This document shows positions 10,381 through 19,686 of a stretch of 64,000 nucleotides of DNA, in pieces; positions within the stretch are counted from its first letter, which is position 1; each line of letters starts with the position of its first letter. Source of the DNA: an uncultured Chloroflexia bacterium. GTDB lineage: Bacteria > Chloroflexota > Limnocylindria > Limnocylindrales > CSP1-4. The DNA lies in NCBI GenBank assembly GCA_963728745.1, contig CAVSKY010000006.1, positions 389,015-453,014 of the forward strand, in the 5' to 3' direction. The position numbers were made by a program, and so were the translations under genes. The notes below the pieces were generated by a model that was not told the DNA's origin, ran no database searches, and saw nothing but the letters and a program-made list of their open reading frames with translations.

Positions 10381-10725
10381 GTGACCTACGCTGATCGGAC
10401 CCTCAACTGCGTCGACTGTGGCGTCGATTTCATCCATTCGGCCGCCGATCAGGAGTATTACGTCCAGAAAGGGTTCGCCTCGGATCCCAAGCGCTGCACG
10501 AGCTGCCGGGCAAGCCGTCGAGCAGCGCGCGAGGGCGGTTACCCAGGCGAGGTTCGCGACATCGGCGGCCCGCGCGGCTACGAGCGAAGCGTCGAGCGTC
10601 CCGACCGCGAGTACTTCGCCGTCGTCTGCTCGTCATGCGGCAACCAGGCACAGGTCCCGTTCCGTCCGCGCATGGACCGCCCGGTCTACTGCTCCGACTG
10701 CTTCCGGACCGTCCGCCCGGACTGA
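10381..10725 (+). CDS. Zinc-ribbon protein with four CxxC pairs
   Basis: GGAGGA-N6-GTG at 10381. The protein carries CVDCG..(17)..CTSCR and CSSCG..(17)..CSDCF, a tandem CxxC-x17-CxxC module. It is about 114 aa and basic. Confidence 0.55.
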   Translation: MTYADRTLNCVDCGVDFIHSAADQEYYVQKGFASDPKRCTSCRASRRAAREGGYPGEVRDIGGPRGYERSVERPDREYFAVVCSSCGNQAQVPFRPRMDRPVYCSDCFRTVRPD

Positions 10726-10930
10726 TCGCTACCCGGCGACGGCGGGCGGGGCCGGCGGGCGTGGACTGACACGCCACGCCGGAATGCCCAGGCGTCTGGT
10801 TGCCTTCCTCCGGCCGGTCGTCGTGGACTCGTGCTCCACAAGATCACTCGAGCGCGGTGACATGGGATCCTCGACGTTCTGGCGTGGATTCAGAGTCCAC
10901 ATGCACGAGTCCTGGACATGTCCCGATCGT

Positions 10931-11120
10931 GCCGTCGCCTGGGGGCGACACGGATAAGCCGAGGCCGATGTCCAAGGCGCCTCGCCACGCTGGCGACGCC
11001 TGGGAAGCGACAAGGCGGGGTCGAGGCGGCAGTGGAAGGCACCTCGGCATCTGAGCGTCGCCTGGGAGGCGACAGAGGAGGTCGCCGCCGGCTCCAGGGC
11101 CTTCACCAGCAGGTGGCCGC
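10931..11120. repeat. Degenerate tandem repeat (about 63 bp x about 3) with GTCGCC-TGGGR-GGCGAC hairpins
   Basis: Units start at about 10931, 10994 and 11057. They share cgcctggg[ga][ga]gcgaca and gaggc.g..gt..aaggc.cctcg.ca.ctg. The region lies in a convergent intergenic space. Confidence 0.5.
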
Positions 11121-11828
11121 CTAGATCCGGAACACCTCGCCGGCGCGGAAGCGCTCGCGGCGTCGGCCGCGCCACACGGTGACCCGCGAGGCACCGTGGA
11201 CCTGCCAGCCCCCGTCGCGACCGACGACGGCCGTGTCCTCGTCGATCCCCAGGACGACCGAGCCGCGCGGCGCCTGGAACGCGATCAACGCCGACAGCGG
11301 CTCGGGCCACGCGTCGTAGTGCGGCACGACCGACAAGCCCGGCGCGAACCCGAGGCCGCTCCCCCATCGCAGCGGGAACGGGACCAGGCGGACCCGGAAA
11401 TCGAAGGCGAAACCGGCAAGCGCCATCGCGCCGGCCGAGCACCCGGCCAGGGCCGCCCCGCGCGCATGCGCCCCCGCCAGCGCCCGCCCGACGGCGCTGC
11501 CCGACAGTGCGGCGAGGAGGTGGGCGGGCTTCCCGCCCGAGAGATACACCAGGTCGGCCTCACCGACAGCTTGCGCGGCAGCCGGGTCGTCGGCGTCGTC
11601 GCGATCGCGGACGAACACAGGCTCCACTTCCGCGCCGAGGTCCGCGAAGTGGCTCACGCCCATCGCCGCCCATCGCTGGAAGACCGCCTCGCCATCGGGG
11701 TACGAGGCGGTCGGCAGGATGACCACCCGCGGCCGCGCGACCCCGGTCGCCGCGAGCAGATCCGCATCGAAGGTGGCCATCGTCGGGAGGAACTCGCCAG
11801 CGCCGACGAGGGCGACAGGTCCGGGCAT
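11121..11828 (-). CDS. Peptidase S51 family protein (cyanophycinase/peptidase E-like, class I glutamine amidotransferase-like fold)
   Basis: 235 aa. The block LVYLSGGKPAHLL ... GCSAGAMAL is typical of the S51 nucleophile-elbow region. Confidence 0.65.
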   Translation of the reverse strand: MPGPVALVGAGEFLPTMATFDADLLAATGVARPRVVILPTASYPDGEAVFQRWAAMGVSHFADLGAEVEPVFVRDRDDADDPAAAQAVGEADLVYLSGGKPAHLLAALSGSAVGRALAGAHARGAALAGCSAGAMALAGFAFDFRVRLVPFPLRWGSGLGFAPGLSVVPHYDAWPEPLSALIAFQAPRGSVVLGIDEDTAVVGRDGGWQVHGASRVTVWRGRRRERFRAGEVFRI

Positions 11829-11860
11829 AGCGCCGAGAGTCTATCTGCGACACTGCCGCG

Positions 11861-13426
11861 ATGACGCCGCGCCAGCGATGGACCCTCATCGCGACGATCA
11901 TCGGGTCCGGCGCGGTGTTCCTCGACGGCACGATCGTCAACGCCGCCCTGCCGCGCATCGGCCGGGAATTGCCGGCCACGATGGTCGGCGTCCTCGAGGG
12001 TCAGACCTACGTCGTCAGCGGCTACCTGGCGGTCCTCGCCGCGCTGTTGATCCTGGCCGGCGCCCTCTCGGATCGGTACGGGCGACGGCGCATCTACGCG
12101 CTCGGGCTGGCCGGCTTCGCCATCACATCCGCGTTCTGCGGCCTCGCACCGAGCCTCGAGATCCTGGTCGTCTCGCGACTGCTCCAGGGCGCGGCCGGGG
12201 CGTTGATGGTGCCGGGCGCGCTCTCGATCATCACCCAGACGTTCGCCGCGGAGGAGCGCGGTCGTGCGTTCGGACTGTGGACGTCGGCGACATCTGCCCT
12301 GGCCCTGGTCGGGCCGCTGGCCGGCGGATTGCTCGTCGACTCGATCGGCTGGCGGATCGCCTTCCTCGTCAACGTGCCGATCCTCGCGCTCGCGCTGGTC
12401 ATCACCCTGCGCCATGTGGCCGAGTCGCGCGATCTCGATTCGAAACGGCCCTTCGACTGGCTCGGCTCGCTGGTCGCCGCGATCGCGGTGGGCGGCCTGT
12501 CGTTCGGGGTCATCCGTGGCGGCGAACACGAGTGGCGGGACACCGCGGCCTGGGTGGCCGTCGCCGTCGGGACGGTCGCGCTGGTGGCATTCCCCGTCCT
12601 GATGGCGAAGCGCCCCGATCCCCTCGTGCCGCTCGGCCTGTTCCGGTCGCGGGCGTTCACGACGATCAACCTAGCGACGTTCTTCGTGTACGGCGGTCTG
12701 TATGTGATGTTGAGCTACCTGAGCATCGTGCTCCAGGGTGCGCTCGGGTATACGGCCATGGGAGCCGGCGCCGTCGTCCTGCCGGTCGGCGTCTGCCTCG
12801 TCACGCTGTCGCCACGGATCGGCATGATCGCGGGCCGCGACGGACAGGCCGGGGCGCGCCGCTTCCTGACGCTCGGCCCGGCGTTGATGGCGGCCGGCCT
12901 CCTGTGGTTCACCCGACTGCCGGCATCCTCCGCGCCGTGGCGCGCCAGCCCCGAGCAGCCCGCATCGCTGATCCCGCCCGCGTCGGCGCTCGTCGACATC
13001 CTCCCGGCGGTCGTGCTGTTCGGCATCGGGATCGCATGCGTTGTGGCGCCACTCACGAACACGCTGATGGGTTCGATCCCAGAGCGGTCCTCGGGTCTCG
13101 GGTCGGCGATCAACAACGCCATCGCGCGGGTCGGTCAGCCGTTGCTCGGGGCGCTGATCTTCGTGGCGCTGAGCGCCACGTTCTATGCGCAGCTTGCCGC
13201 GATCGCTCCCGACATCGACACGACCTCGGCCACGGTTCGCGCGATGTTCCCGCCGCTGAACCCGCCGCGCGGCGACGCGACGCCAGACCAGGTCGCCGCG
13301 GCGGCTCGGGCATCGATCGAGGCGTTCCACCTGGCGATGGGTTTCGCGGCGGCGTTGGTCGCCATCGGCGCCGCCATCTCGTGGATCGGGCTGCGGCCCG
13401 AGCGAGCCAGCCGATCGCCCGACTGA
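11861..13426 (+). CDS. MFS transporter, DHA2 (EmrB/QacA) 14-TM type
   Basis: 521 aa. The N-terminus reads IGSGAVFLDGTIVNAALPRI. Both SDRYGRRR and GPLAGGLLVD motifs are present, with about 14 helices. Confidence 0.8.
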   Translation: MTPRQRWTLIATIIGSGAVFLDGTIVNAALPRIGRELPATMVGVLEGQTYVVSGYLAVLAALLILAGALSDRYGRRRIYALGLAGFAITSAFCGLAPSLEILVVSRLLQGAAGALMVPGALSIITQTFAAEERGRAFGLWTSATSALALVGPLAGGLLVDSIGWRIAFLVNVPILALALVITLRHVAESRDLDSKRPFDWLGSLVAAIAVGGLSFGVIRGGEHEWRDTAAWVAVAVGTVALVAFPVLMAKRPDPLVPLGLFRSRAFTTINLATFFVYGGLYVMLSYLSIVLQGALGYTAMGAGAVVLPVGVCLVTLSPRIGMIAGRDGQAGARRFLTLGPALMAAGLLWFTRLPASSAPWRASPEQPASLIPPASALVDILPAVVLFGIGIACVVAPLTNTLMGSIPERSSGLGSAINNAIARVGQPLLGALIFVALSATFYAQLAAIAPDIDTTSATVRAMFPPLNPPRGDATPDQVAAAARASIEAFHLAMGFAAALVAIGAAISWIGLRPERASRSPD

Positions 13427-14181
13427 TGGCACGCGACTGGGACGCCCGCTCCTACGACAGGGTCGCCGACCCGATGACGCGCTGGGGCGTGGCCGTCCTC
13501 GATCGGTTGCAGCTCGACGGCGACGAGCGCGTACTCGACGCGGGCTGTGGCACGGGCCGCGTCACCGAGGAGCTCGCCGGACGGCTGCCGCGCGGCCGGG
13601 TCATCGCCCTCGATGGATCGCCGGCGATGATCGAGGCCGCCCGAGACCGGCTCGCCGCCTTCGGTGACCGGGTGCAGTACGTCGTCGCCGACCTCGGTCG
13701 GCCGCTCCCGATCGACGAACCGGTCGATGCCATCGTGTCGACGGCGACCTTTCACTGGGTTCCCGACCACGACGCACTGTTCGCGAACCTGGCCGCCGTC
13801 ATCCGGCCAGGCGGTTGGCTGGTCGCCCAGTGCGGCGGTGCCGGCAACATCGGGCGGATCAAGCGTGCGCTCGCGACGATCGGCGATGGCTGGCTCGGGC
13901 CTGCCCATTACGAGACACCGCAGGCGACGACGCGCCGGCTCGAGACCGCCGGCTTCGTCGATGTCGAATGCTGGTTGACCGAGGAGCCCACGACATTCGA
14001 ACCGGGGGCGCCGTTCGAGACATATCTGCGCACGGTCGTGCTCGGTGCCCATCTCGAGCGGCTGCCAACCGATGCGCACGATGCCTTCGTCCGCGCCGTC
14101 GCCGACGCAGTCGGCGAGCCGCTGATCGACTACGTCCGGCTGAACATCACGGCGCGACGAGGCGGATCGCGGCAATCTTGA
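13426..14181 (+). CDS. Class I SAM-dependent methyltransferase (trans-aconitate/Tam-like)
   Basis: An ATGA overlap joins it to the MFS stop. Motif I VLDAGCGTGRVT and motif II RVIALDGSPAMIE are present. Confidence 0.8.
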   Translation: MARDWDARSYDRVADPMTRWGVAVLDRLQLDGDERVLDAGCGTGRVTEELAGRLPRGRVIALDGSPAMIEAARDRLAAFGDRVQYVVADLGRPLPIDEPVDAIVSTATFHWVPDHDALFANLAAVIRPGGWLVAQCGGAGNIGRIKRALATIGDGWLGPAHYETPQATTRRLETAGFVDVECWLTEEPTTFEPGAPFETYLRTVVLGAHLERLPTDAHDAFVRAVADAVGEPLIDYVRLNITARRGGSRQS

Positions 14182-14578
14182 TCGTCGGGGCTCCACCAGA
14201 CGTATCGAGGGTGCCGATGACCTCGACCCAGCCCCACATCGCCTTCGCCAGGCCGGGCTCCGTCGTCTTGTCGAGGCCGGCCGCGACGTCCGCTGGGATC
14301 TCACCGGACACGCCCACCCCGCCGCCGCATTGCGGCGGATATGACTCGAGCAGGAGCGAGCACATGCTCGCGCCCGCATCGGTGGCCAGCAGGTAGCCCT
14401 TCACCCGGACCGTCTGGCCGTCCAGCGTGGCGGCGTCTGCCGCCAGCTCGTCGACGGTGATCGCCGCGGCCGGCGCGCTCGGCGCGGCGGGTGCACTCGG
14501 CCCGGTCGAGGGCGTGCTCGTGGGCCCGCAGGCGAGCAGGGTCAGTGCGACGAGGACCGAGCCTGCGAGTAGGCGCAT
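14147..14578 (-). CDS. Secreted lipoprotein of unknown function
   Basis: The signal peptide ends in the lipobox LLACG. The mature part is Ala/Pro-rich with no recognisable catalytic motif. Confidence 0.5.
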   Translation of the reverse strand: MRLLAGSVLVALTLLACGPTSTPSTGPSAPAAPSAPAAAITVDELAADAATLDGQTVRVKGYLLATDAGASMCSLLLESYPPQCGGGVGVSGEIPADVAAGLDKTTEPGLAKAMWGWVEVIGTLDTSGGAPTIKIAAIRLVAP

Positions 14579-14647
14579 GGATGAGACCTCCGCGATCCGA
14601 TCACGATCGATGGTGCGGTCTCGACGCGGTCGTATGCGAGCCGGTTC

Positions 14648-15196
14648 CTAGCGCTCGACGCGGAAGGGGCCACCGTGACCAGGGATGACGACGTCGGCGA
14701 CAGCCAGGACGCGCTGGCGTCCGGCGTCGATGGCGGCCTGGTCGACGCAGTACGGGTCCTGGTCCGGCGACCGGTCCGCGTGCCACCACAGGTGGGTCAT
14801 CGCGTACACGCCATCGTCCGCCTCGACGATGAGCGACGCGTCCTCGTGCGTGTGTCCGGGCGTCAACCAGAGCTGAGCCCGGTCGGACAATCGATAGCCG
14901 TCACCCGGCATATCGAGCCACAGATCGTCCTTGTAGCGCGCCCAGAAGTCGACCACCTCGGCGTTCGGAAAGAGCGCGACATTCATGGTGTGGTCGGGGT
15001 GGTGATGGCTCAGGAAGACGTGGGTGACATCGTCCGGCGCGACGCCGAGGTCGGCCAGCGGGTCGAGGATGCGCGACCGGTGGGCCACCATCCCCGGGTC
15101 GGCCACGATCAGGGCGTCGCCGTCGCGCACCAACGCGACCGACGACGCCGTGCGCTCGCCGGTGTAGCCGGCGTGGAGGAGGTGCACGGATGTCAT
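14648..15196 (-). CDS. MBL-fold metallo-hydrolase
   Basis: HVFLSHHHPDHTMN is the HxHxDH motif. The size is 182 aa. Confidence 0.7.
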   Translation of the reverse strand: MTSVHLLHAGYTGERTASSVALVRDGDALIVADPGMVAHRSRILDPLADLGVAPDDVTHVFLSHHHPDHTMNVALFPNAEVVDFWARYKDDLWLDMPGDGYRLSDRAQLWLTPGHTHEDASLIVEADDGVYAMTHLWWHADRSPDQDPYCVDQAAIDAGRQRVLAVADVVIPGHGGPFRVER

Positions 15197-15272
15197 AGCC
15201 GGCGATGCTAGCGCGTCGCGTGGTGCGGGATGACGCTCGGTCGCAGCGGATGACGCTGCGAGACTCCCGCAG

Positions 15273-16925
15273 ATGACGACCGACGTTCATGCCGACCTCG
15301 TCCTGCTGGGCGGTCGGATCGCCACGATGGACCCGGCCCGCTCATGGGCGACCGCGCTCGCGGTGCGCGACGGTCGAGTCGCGGCGGTCGGGACGGATGC
15401 CGCCGCGCGCGAGCACGTCGGCCCGCAGACTCGCGTCATCGACCTTCGCGGCCGGACCGTCACCCCGGGGTTCCAGGACGCGCACGTCCACCCCGTGCAC
15501 GGCGGCCTGGCGATGCTTCGCTGCGACCTCCACGCCGATGCCCAATCAGGCGCCCCGCTCGACACCATCGATGCCTATGTGCGGTCCCACCCGGACGAGG
15601 CGTGGATCCGCGGCGGCGGCTGGTACATGGCTGCATTCCCCGGCGGCGCGCCGCGCCGCGAGGTCCTCGACCAGGTGGTCTCGGACCGCCCCGCCTACCT
15701 CACCAGCCGGGATGGTCACAGCGTGTGGGTCAACACGAAAGCCCTGGAGCTCGCGGGCGTGACAGCGGCGACACCGGATCCACCCGACGGGCGCATCGAA
15801 CGCGATGCGGACGGCAACCCGAGCGGCACGCTCCACGAAGGCGCGATGGACCTGGTCGAGCGGCTGCTGCCCGACGACACGCCCGCCGAGCTCGAGGAAG
15901 CCCTCCGCCTGGGCCAGCGGCATCTGCACGGCCTCGGGATCACCGCCTGGCAGGACGCCATCGTCCGACCCGAGGCGGAGGAGGTCGCGTACGTCGCGCT
16001 CGCCTCGAGTGGCGCGCTCACGGGACGGGTCGTCGGTGCGATGTGGTGGGAGCGTGTTCGGGGCGCCGAGCAGATCGAGGAGTTCATCGAACGCCGCCGC
16101 GCCACATCGATCGGCCGCTACCAGGCGACCAGCGTGAAGCTGATGATGGATGGCGTCCTCGAGAACTTCACCGGCGCCATGCTCGAGCCGTACGGCGACG
16201 GCCACGGTGGCACGACGGACAATCGCGGCCTGCTCCAGATCGACCCGGAGGGGCTTTCGACCTGGGTGCCCCAGCTCGATGCGCTCGGCTTCCAGCCGCA
16301 TTTCCACGCGATCGGCGATCGGGCGGTGCGCGCGTCCCTCGATGCCGTGGAGGCCGCTCGGCGCGCCAACGGTCCATCCGATACGCGGCCGCACATCGCG
16401 CACATCCAGCTCATCCACCCGGACGACATCCCGCGTTTCCGACAACTCGATGTCGCGGCCAACGCACAACCGCTGTGGGCGGCCCACGACGATCAGATGG
16501 ACGTGCTGACGATCCCGTTCATCGGGGAGCGCTGGCGGTGGCAGTACCCGTTCCGTTCGCTCAGAGCCACGGGCGCCGTGCTCGCCATGGGTTCCGACTG
16601 GAGCGTATCCAGCGCGAATCCGATCTGGGAGATGCACATCGCGGTGGAGCGCCAGGCACCCGGGTGGTACGCAGGCGATCGGGACGTCCTCCTACCGGAG
16701 GAGCGGATCGACCTGATCGATGCCCTGGCAGCGTTCACGTCCGGCTCGGCATACGTGAATCACCTCGATGACACGGGCTCGCTCGAGGTCGGGAAGCTGG
16801 CCGATCTCGCGATCCTCGACCGCGACCTGTTCGATCGCGCCGCTGGAGCGATCGTCGAGGCGAAGGTCGTGGGCACGTTCGTCGAGGGCGTGCCCGTCTA
16901 CGAGACCGCTGATCTGGGCGGTTGA
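15273..16925 (+). CDS. Amidohydrolase family protein (amidohydrolase_3-like)
   Basis: 550 aa. It begins DLVLLGGRIATMD...ALAVRDGRVAAVG and carries the metal-binding FQDAHVHP. Confidence 0.8.
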   Translation: MTTDVHADLVLLGGRIATMDPARSWATALAVRDGRVAAVGTDAAAREHVGPQTRVIDLRGRTVTPGFQDAHVHPVHGGLAMLRCDLHADAQSGAPLDTIDAYVRSHPDEAWIRGGGWYMAAFPGGAPRREVLDQVVSDRPAYLTSRDGHSVWVNTKALELAGVTAATPDPPDGRIERDADGNPSGTLHEGAMDLVERLLPDDTPAELEEALRLGQRHLHGLGITAWQDAIVRPEAEEVAYVALASSGALTGRVVGAMWWERVRGAEQIEEFIERRRATSIGRYQATSVKLMMDGVLENFTGAMLEPYGDGHGGTTDNRGLLQIDPEGLSTWVPQLDALGFQPHFHAIGDRAVRASLDAVEAARRANGPSDTRPHIAHIQLIHPDDIPRFRQLDVAANAQPLWAAHDDQMDVLTIPFIGERWRWQYPFRSLRATGAVLAMGSDWSVSSANPIWEMHIAVERQAPGWYAGDRDVLLPEERIDLIDALAAFTSGSAYVNHLDDTGSLEVGKLADLAILDRDLFDRAAGAIVEAKVVGTFVEGVPVYETADLGG

Positions 16926-17059
16926 GGGCCTTGTCCCGACATGGACGGATGACGATGCCGAATTCGGCATCTGACGTCGATGTCCGGGCGAGCGGCCAAG
17001 GGCGATGCTTCTCATGCGCACCGGACAGACCGGATGACGCAGAAAGGAGCGATCAAGCG

Positions 17060-17266
17060 ATGAACGCACTCGCGATCCTGTACGTGAACGCACATCTGCA
17101 GGACCTGCTCGACGAAGCCGCCGAGGCTCGCCTCCTGGCCGACCGCCCGTCGGTGTTCGAGCGGATCAGCTCCGCTGCGTCGAACGCGCTGGCCGCGCTG
17201 GCCATGCCGCTCGATAACCGGGGCACGATGTTCCCGAAGCTCGACGACTCGCCCAACCGGAGCTGA
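17060..17266 (+). CDS. Small hypothetical protein (68 aa)
   Basis: AAAGGAG-N11-ATG. It is followed at 17297-17340 by a strong hairpin and a T-tract. There is no recognisable domain. Confidence 0.35.
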   Translation: MNALAILYVNAHLQDLLDEAAEARLLADRPSVFERISSAASNALAALAMPLDNRGTMFPKLDDSPNRS

Positions 17267-17290
17267 GGCCTCCTCCCTCAGCTTCGTCCA

Positions 17291-17926
17291 TCACCGCGAC
17301 GACCCCCGTCCCTCCGACGGGGGTCGTCGTGTTTTCTGCGTCGGGTCCGGCAGGTCTGCCGGCGTGTCGATGTCGGTGAGCGTGGCGCCGGCAAGGTCGT
17401 CACGGCGCCAGATCGAGGCAGAGATGACCTTGGCGTCAAGCTCGCCGATCAGCGCTCGCAGGCGTCGCTCGCCGCTCGCGATCAACCGCTCGACCGCGGG
17501 TCGCGCCACGGACGGACGGATCGCCATCGGAAGCGGGCGAGGCCTCGTCTCGTCCGCCAGGACAGCCGCGTCGTGGTCGTCGAGCGCGACGATCAGCCGT
17601 TCGAGGACGGCCGGAACGAGGCCAGGCATATCGGCACCGACGACCACGACCCGATCGACCGTTGGATCCAGGGCCTCCAAACCGGAGGCCAAGCCGGACA
17701 AGGGCCCCTCGAACGGGAGCGCGTCGTGGACGATGGTGACGCCGTCACGGGCGCCTGCGGTAGCCCTCGGTGAGGTCACGACCAGGATGTTGCTCGTCAC
17801 CAACCGCACGGCGTCGATCGCGTGGTCGAGCATCGGCCGGCCGTCGATCGGCTCGACCAGCTTGTCGCGGCCGAACCGAGACGAGCGGCCGCCGGCCAGG
17901 ACGATCGCCGCCGTACGCTCGGTCAT
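17291..17926 (-). CDS. mobA: Molybdenum cofactor guanylyltransferase
   Basis: AAIVLAGGRSSRFGRDKL ... VVVGADMP are the MobA nucleotide-binding signatures. There is a 4-nt overlap with selB. Confidence 0.75.
   Translation of the reverse strand: MTERTAAIVLAGGRSSRFGRDKLVEPIDGRPMLDHAIDAVRLVTSNILVVTSPRATAGARDGVTIVHDALPFEGPLSGLASGLEALDPTVDRVVVVGADMPGLVPAVLERLIVALDDHDAAVLADETRPRPLPMAIRPSVARPAVERLIASGERRLRALIGELDAKVISASIWRRDDLAGATLTDIDTPADLPDPTQKTRRPPSEGRGSSR
17297..17340 (+). terminator. Rho-independent terminator-like hairpin, embedded in the 3' coding end of mobA on the opposite strand
   Basis: CGACGACCCCCGTC-CCTCC-GACGGGGGTCGTCG gives a 14-bp perfect stem. It is followed by TGTTTTCTG. Confidence 0.5.
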
Positions 17927-19686
17927 CGACCGGCGGCGGTGGGCGCCTTCGCTCCCGGGACGTGCCCGGCCGGCGTGCGGCGCAGGATCGCCCGCCGGTC
18001 GAGATCCTCGAGGATGGCCATCACGTACTTGCGGCTGGTCCCGGTGGCGTCGCGCAAGGCGGCAGGCGTCAGCGGCCCCCGCGTGGCCATCGTCAGGGCC
18101 CGTTCGGTCAGGGTCCGGTAGGTGGTGGCTGCGTAGGCCAGGTCCGCCTCGACGACGATGATCCGGCCGCTGCGCTCAAGATCGCGGATGCCTGCGGGCG
18201 AGCACCCAGCGACCCGTGCGGCCTCTGCCAGCGATGGCGGGGCGAGGACGTCGAGCATGGATTCAAGGCGGTCCATGGCGGCGACCATGGCCTGATCGGG
18301 GCCAGCCGGCGCCCGGCCGGCACGCCGTACGACGTCCCCGTCGCGTGCGAGGCGACCGTCGGCGACCAGCCGATCGATGACAGCGTTCGCAGCGGCTGAA
18401 GCGTCGTCGCGGCGGGTGGTCACGGCACGGCGCAGGGCTCGTGCCGCCGCGCTCCGCGCAGTCGATAGCGATGCCTCGCCGGGCACCGCGGCAAGGACCG
18501 CGTCGGCGGCGGCCGCTGTGACGTCCGGTGCCAGCTCTCCGTCCAGCATCCCGTGGAGGTCCAACCGCGCCGCCCGGTCGCCCGCGGCCAGGGCGGCGAC
18601 GCGCTCGGGCGTCTGCCGGCGGCGCGAGACCCCGCGCGCCGGGGTGCTATCGAGCACGACGCCGCCGACCGGCGCCCCCTGCGCTCCGCGGCGCACCACG
18701 AAGCGATCGCCCTGGCGGAGGGCGATCGGCTGACTGAGCCGGAGGATCCCAGCCGGTCGCCCGTCCGGCAGCGCGAGGGCATCGCGGCCGCTGCGGCCGA
18801 TCGTGCCGTCCACCGCTGCGGTCCCTGCGTGCACCCGCCCGCTGGCCCGGTCCCCGACGGGATCGCGGAACGCGACCAGGGCACGCTCCGCCGCGACGAC
18901 CGCCGGATCGGCGGTGAGCACCATCCCGCGATGCAGCTCCCGGGCGTCGATCCCGGCGACGTTCAGGGCGGTCCGACCACCCGTCTCGACGGCGTCGACC
19001 GGCGTCCCGTGGACCTGGATCTCGCGGATCCGTGCCGTCCGATCGCCCGGGACCAGCCTGAGCGTCTCCCCTCGTCTGAGCGGTCCGCCCCGCAAGGTGC
19101 CGGTAACCACCACGCCGCGACCCTTCACGGAGAAGACGCGATCGATCGCAAGGGTCGGTGGTCGAAGGGAAAGGCGGACGCGGTCTCGGAGGTCGATGAG
19201 CGCCTCGCGCAGGGCGTCCACGCCCGCCCCGGTCAACCCTGACGCGGCGACAACCGGCGCGCCGGCCATCGATGTCGCGGCCAGCAACGCGGCAACGTCC
19301 GCCCGAACGGCCTCGACCCGCTCGCGCGGGACCGCGTCGATCTTGTTCACGACCGCGATCGCGCGGCCGATCCCGAGCGCATCGAGCAGCGCGACGTGCT
19401 CGTGCGTTTGCGCGCGGAGTCCATCGTCCGCAGCCACGACGAGCAATGCAGCATCGATCTCGCCGGCACCGACGAGCATGTTGCCGACCAGCTTGTCGTG
19501 CCCCGGCACGTCGACGAAGTCGATCGTCGTGCCGTCGTCGAGATCGAGATGGGCATACCCGACATCGATCGTCATGCCGCGCCGACGCTCCTCGGGGAGG
19601 CGGTCCGCATCGATCCCGGTGAGCGCGCGGAGCAACGTCGTCTTGCCGTGATCGATGTGGCCGGCCGTGCCCACGACGATGGTCAT
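17923..19686 (-). CDS. selB: Selenocysteine-specific translation elongation factor
   Basis: G-domain motifs [17 protein letters not shown] and NKID. It is 587 aa with a long C-terminal winged-helix region. It lies immediately downstream of selA. Confidence 0.85.
   Translation of the reverse strand: MTIVVGTAGHIDHGKTTLLRALTGIDADRLPEERRRGMTIDVGYAHLDLDDGTTIDFVDVPGHDKLVGNMLVGAGEIDAALLVVAADDGLRAQTHEHVALLDALGIGRAIAVVNKIDAVPRERVEAVRADVAALLAATSMAGAPVVAASGLTGAGVDALREALIDLRDRVRLSLRPPTLAIDRVFSVKGRGVVVTGTLRGGPLRRGETLRLVPGDRTARIREIQVHGTPVDAVETGGRTALNVAGIDARELHRGMVLTADPAVVAAERALVAFRDPVGDRASGRVHAGTAAVDGTIGRSGRDALALPDGRPAGILRLSQPIALRQGDRFVVRRGAQGAPVGGVVLDSTPARGVSRRRQTPERVAALAAGDRAARLDLHGMLDGELAPDVTAAAADAVLAAVPGEASLSTARSAAARALRRAVTTRRDDASAAANAVIDRLVADGRLARDGDVVRRAGRAPAGPDQAMVAAMDRLESMLDVLAPPSLAEAARVAGCSPAGIRDLERSGRIIVVEADLAYAATTYRTLTERALTMATRGPLTPAALRDATGTSRKYVMAILEDLDRRAILRRTPAGHVPGAKAPTAAGR

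Noticed and set aside
10931-11120. CRISPR array
   Set aside because: There are only about three units. The 'spacers' are mutually similar, the repeats are degenerate, and no cas genes are in the window.
11719-14181. 820-aa and other long alternative-frame ORFs such as 15344..16771, 26527..27639, 50349..53129 and 29661..31907
   Set aside because: They lie entirely within or antisense to genes that have clear family signatures. Their translations are Arg/Pro/Ala-rich and low-complexity, which is typical of shadow ORFs in 70% GC DNA.
16922-17266. 114-aa ORF starting at TTG 16922 and overlapping the amidohydrolase stop
   Set aside because: The TTG start has no ribosome-binding site. The shorter 17060 ATG has AAAGGAG at good spacing. 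Only the 68-aa version is reported, with low confidence.
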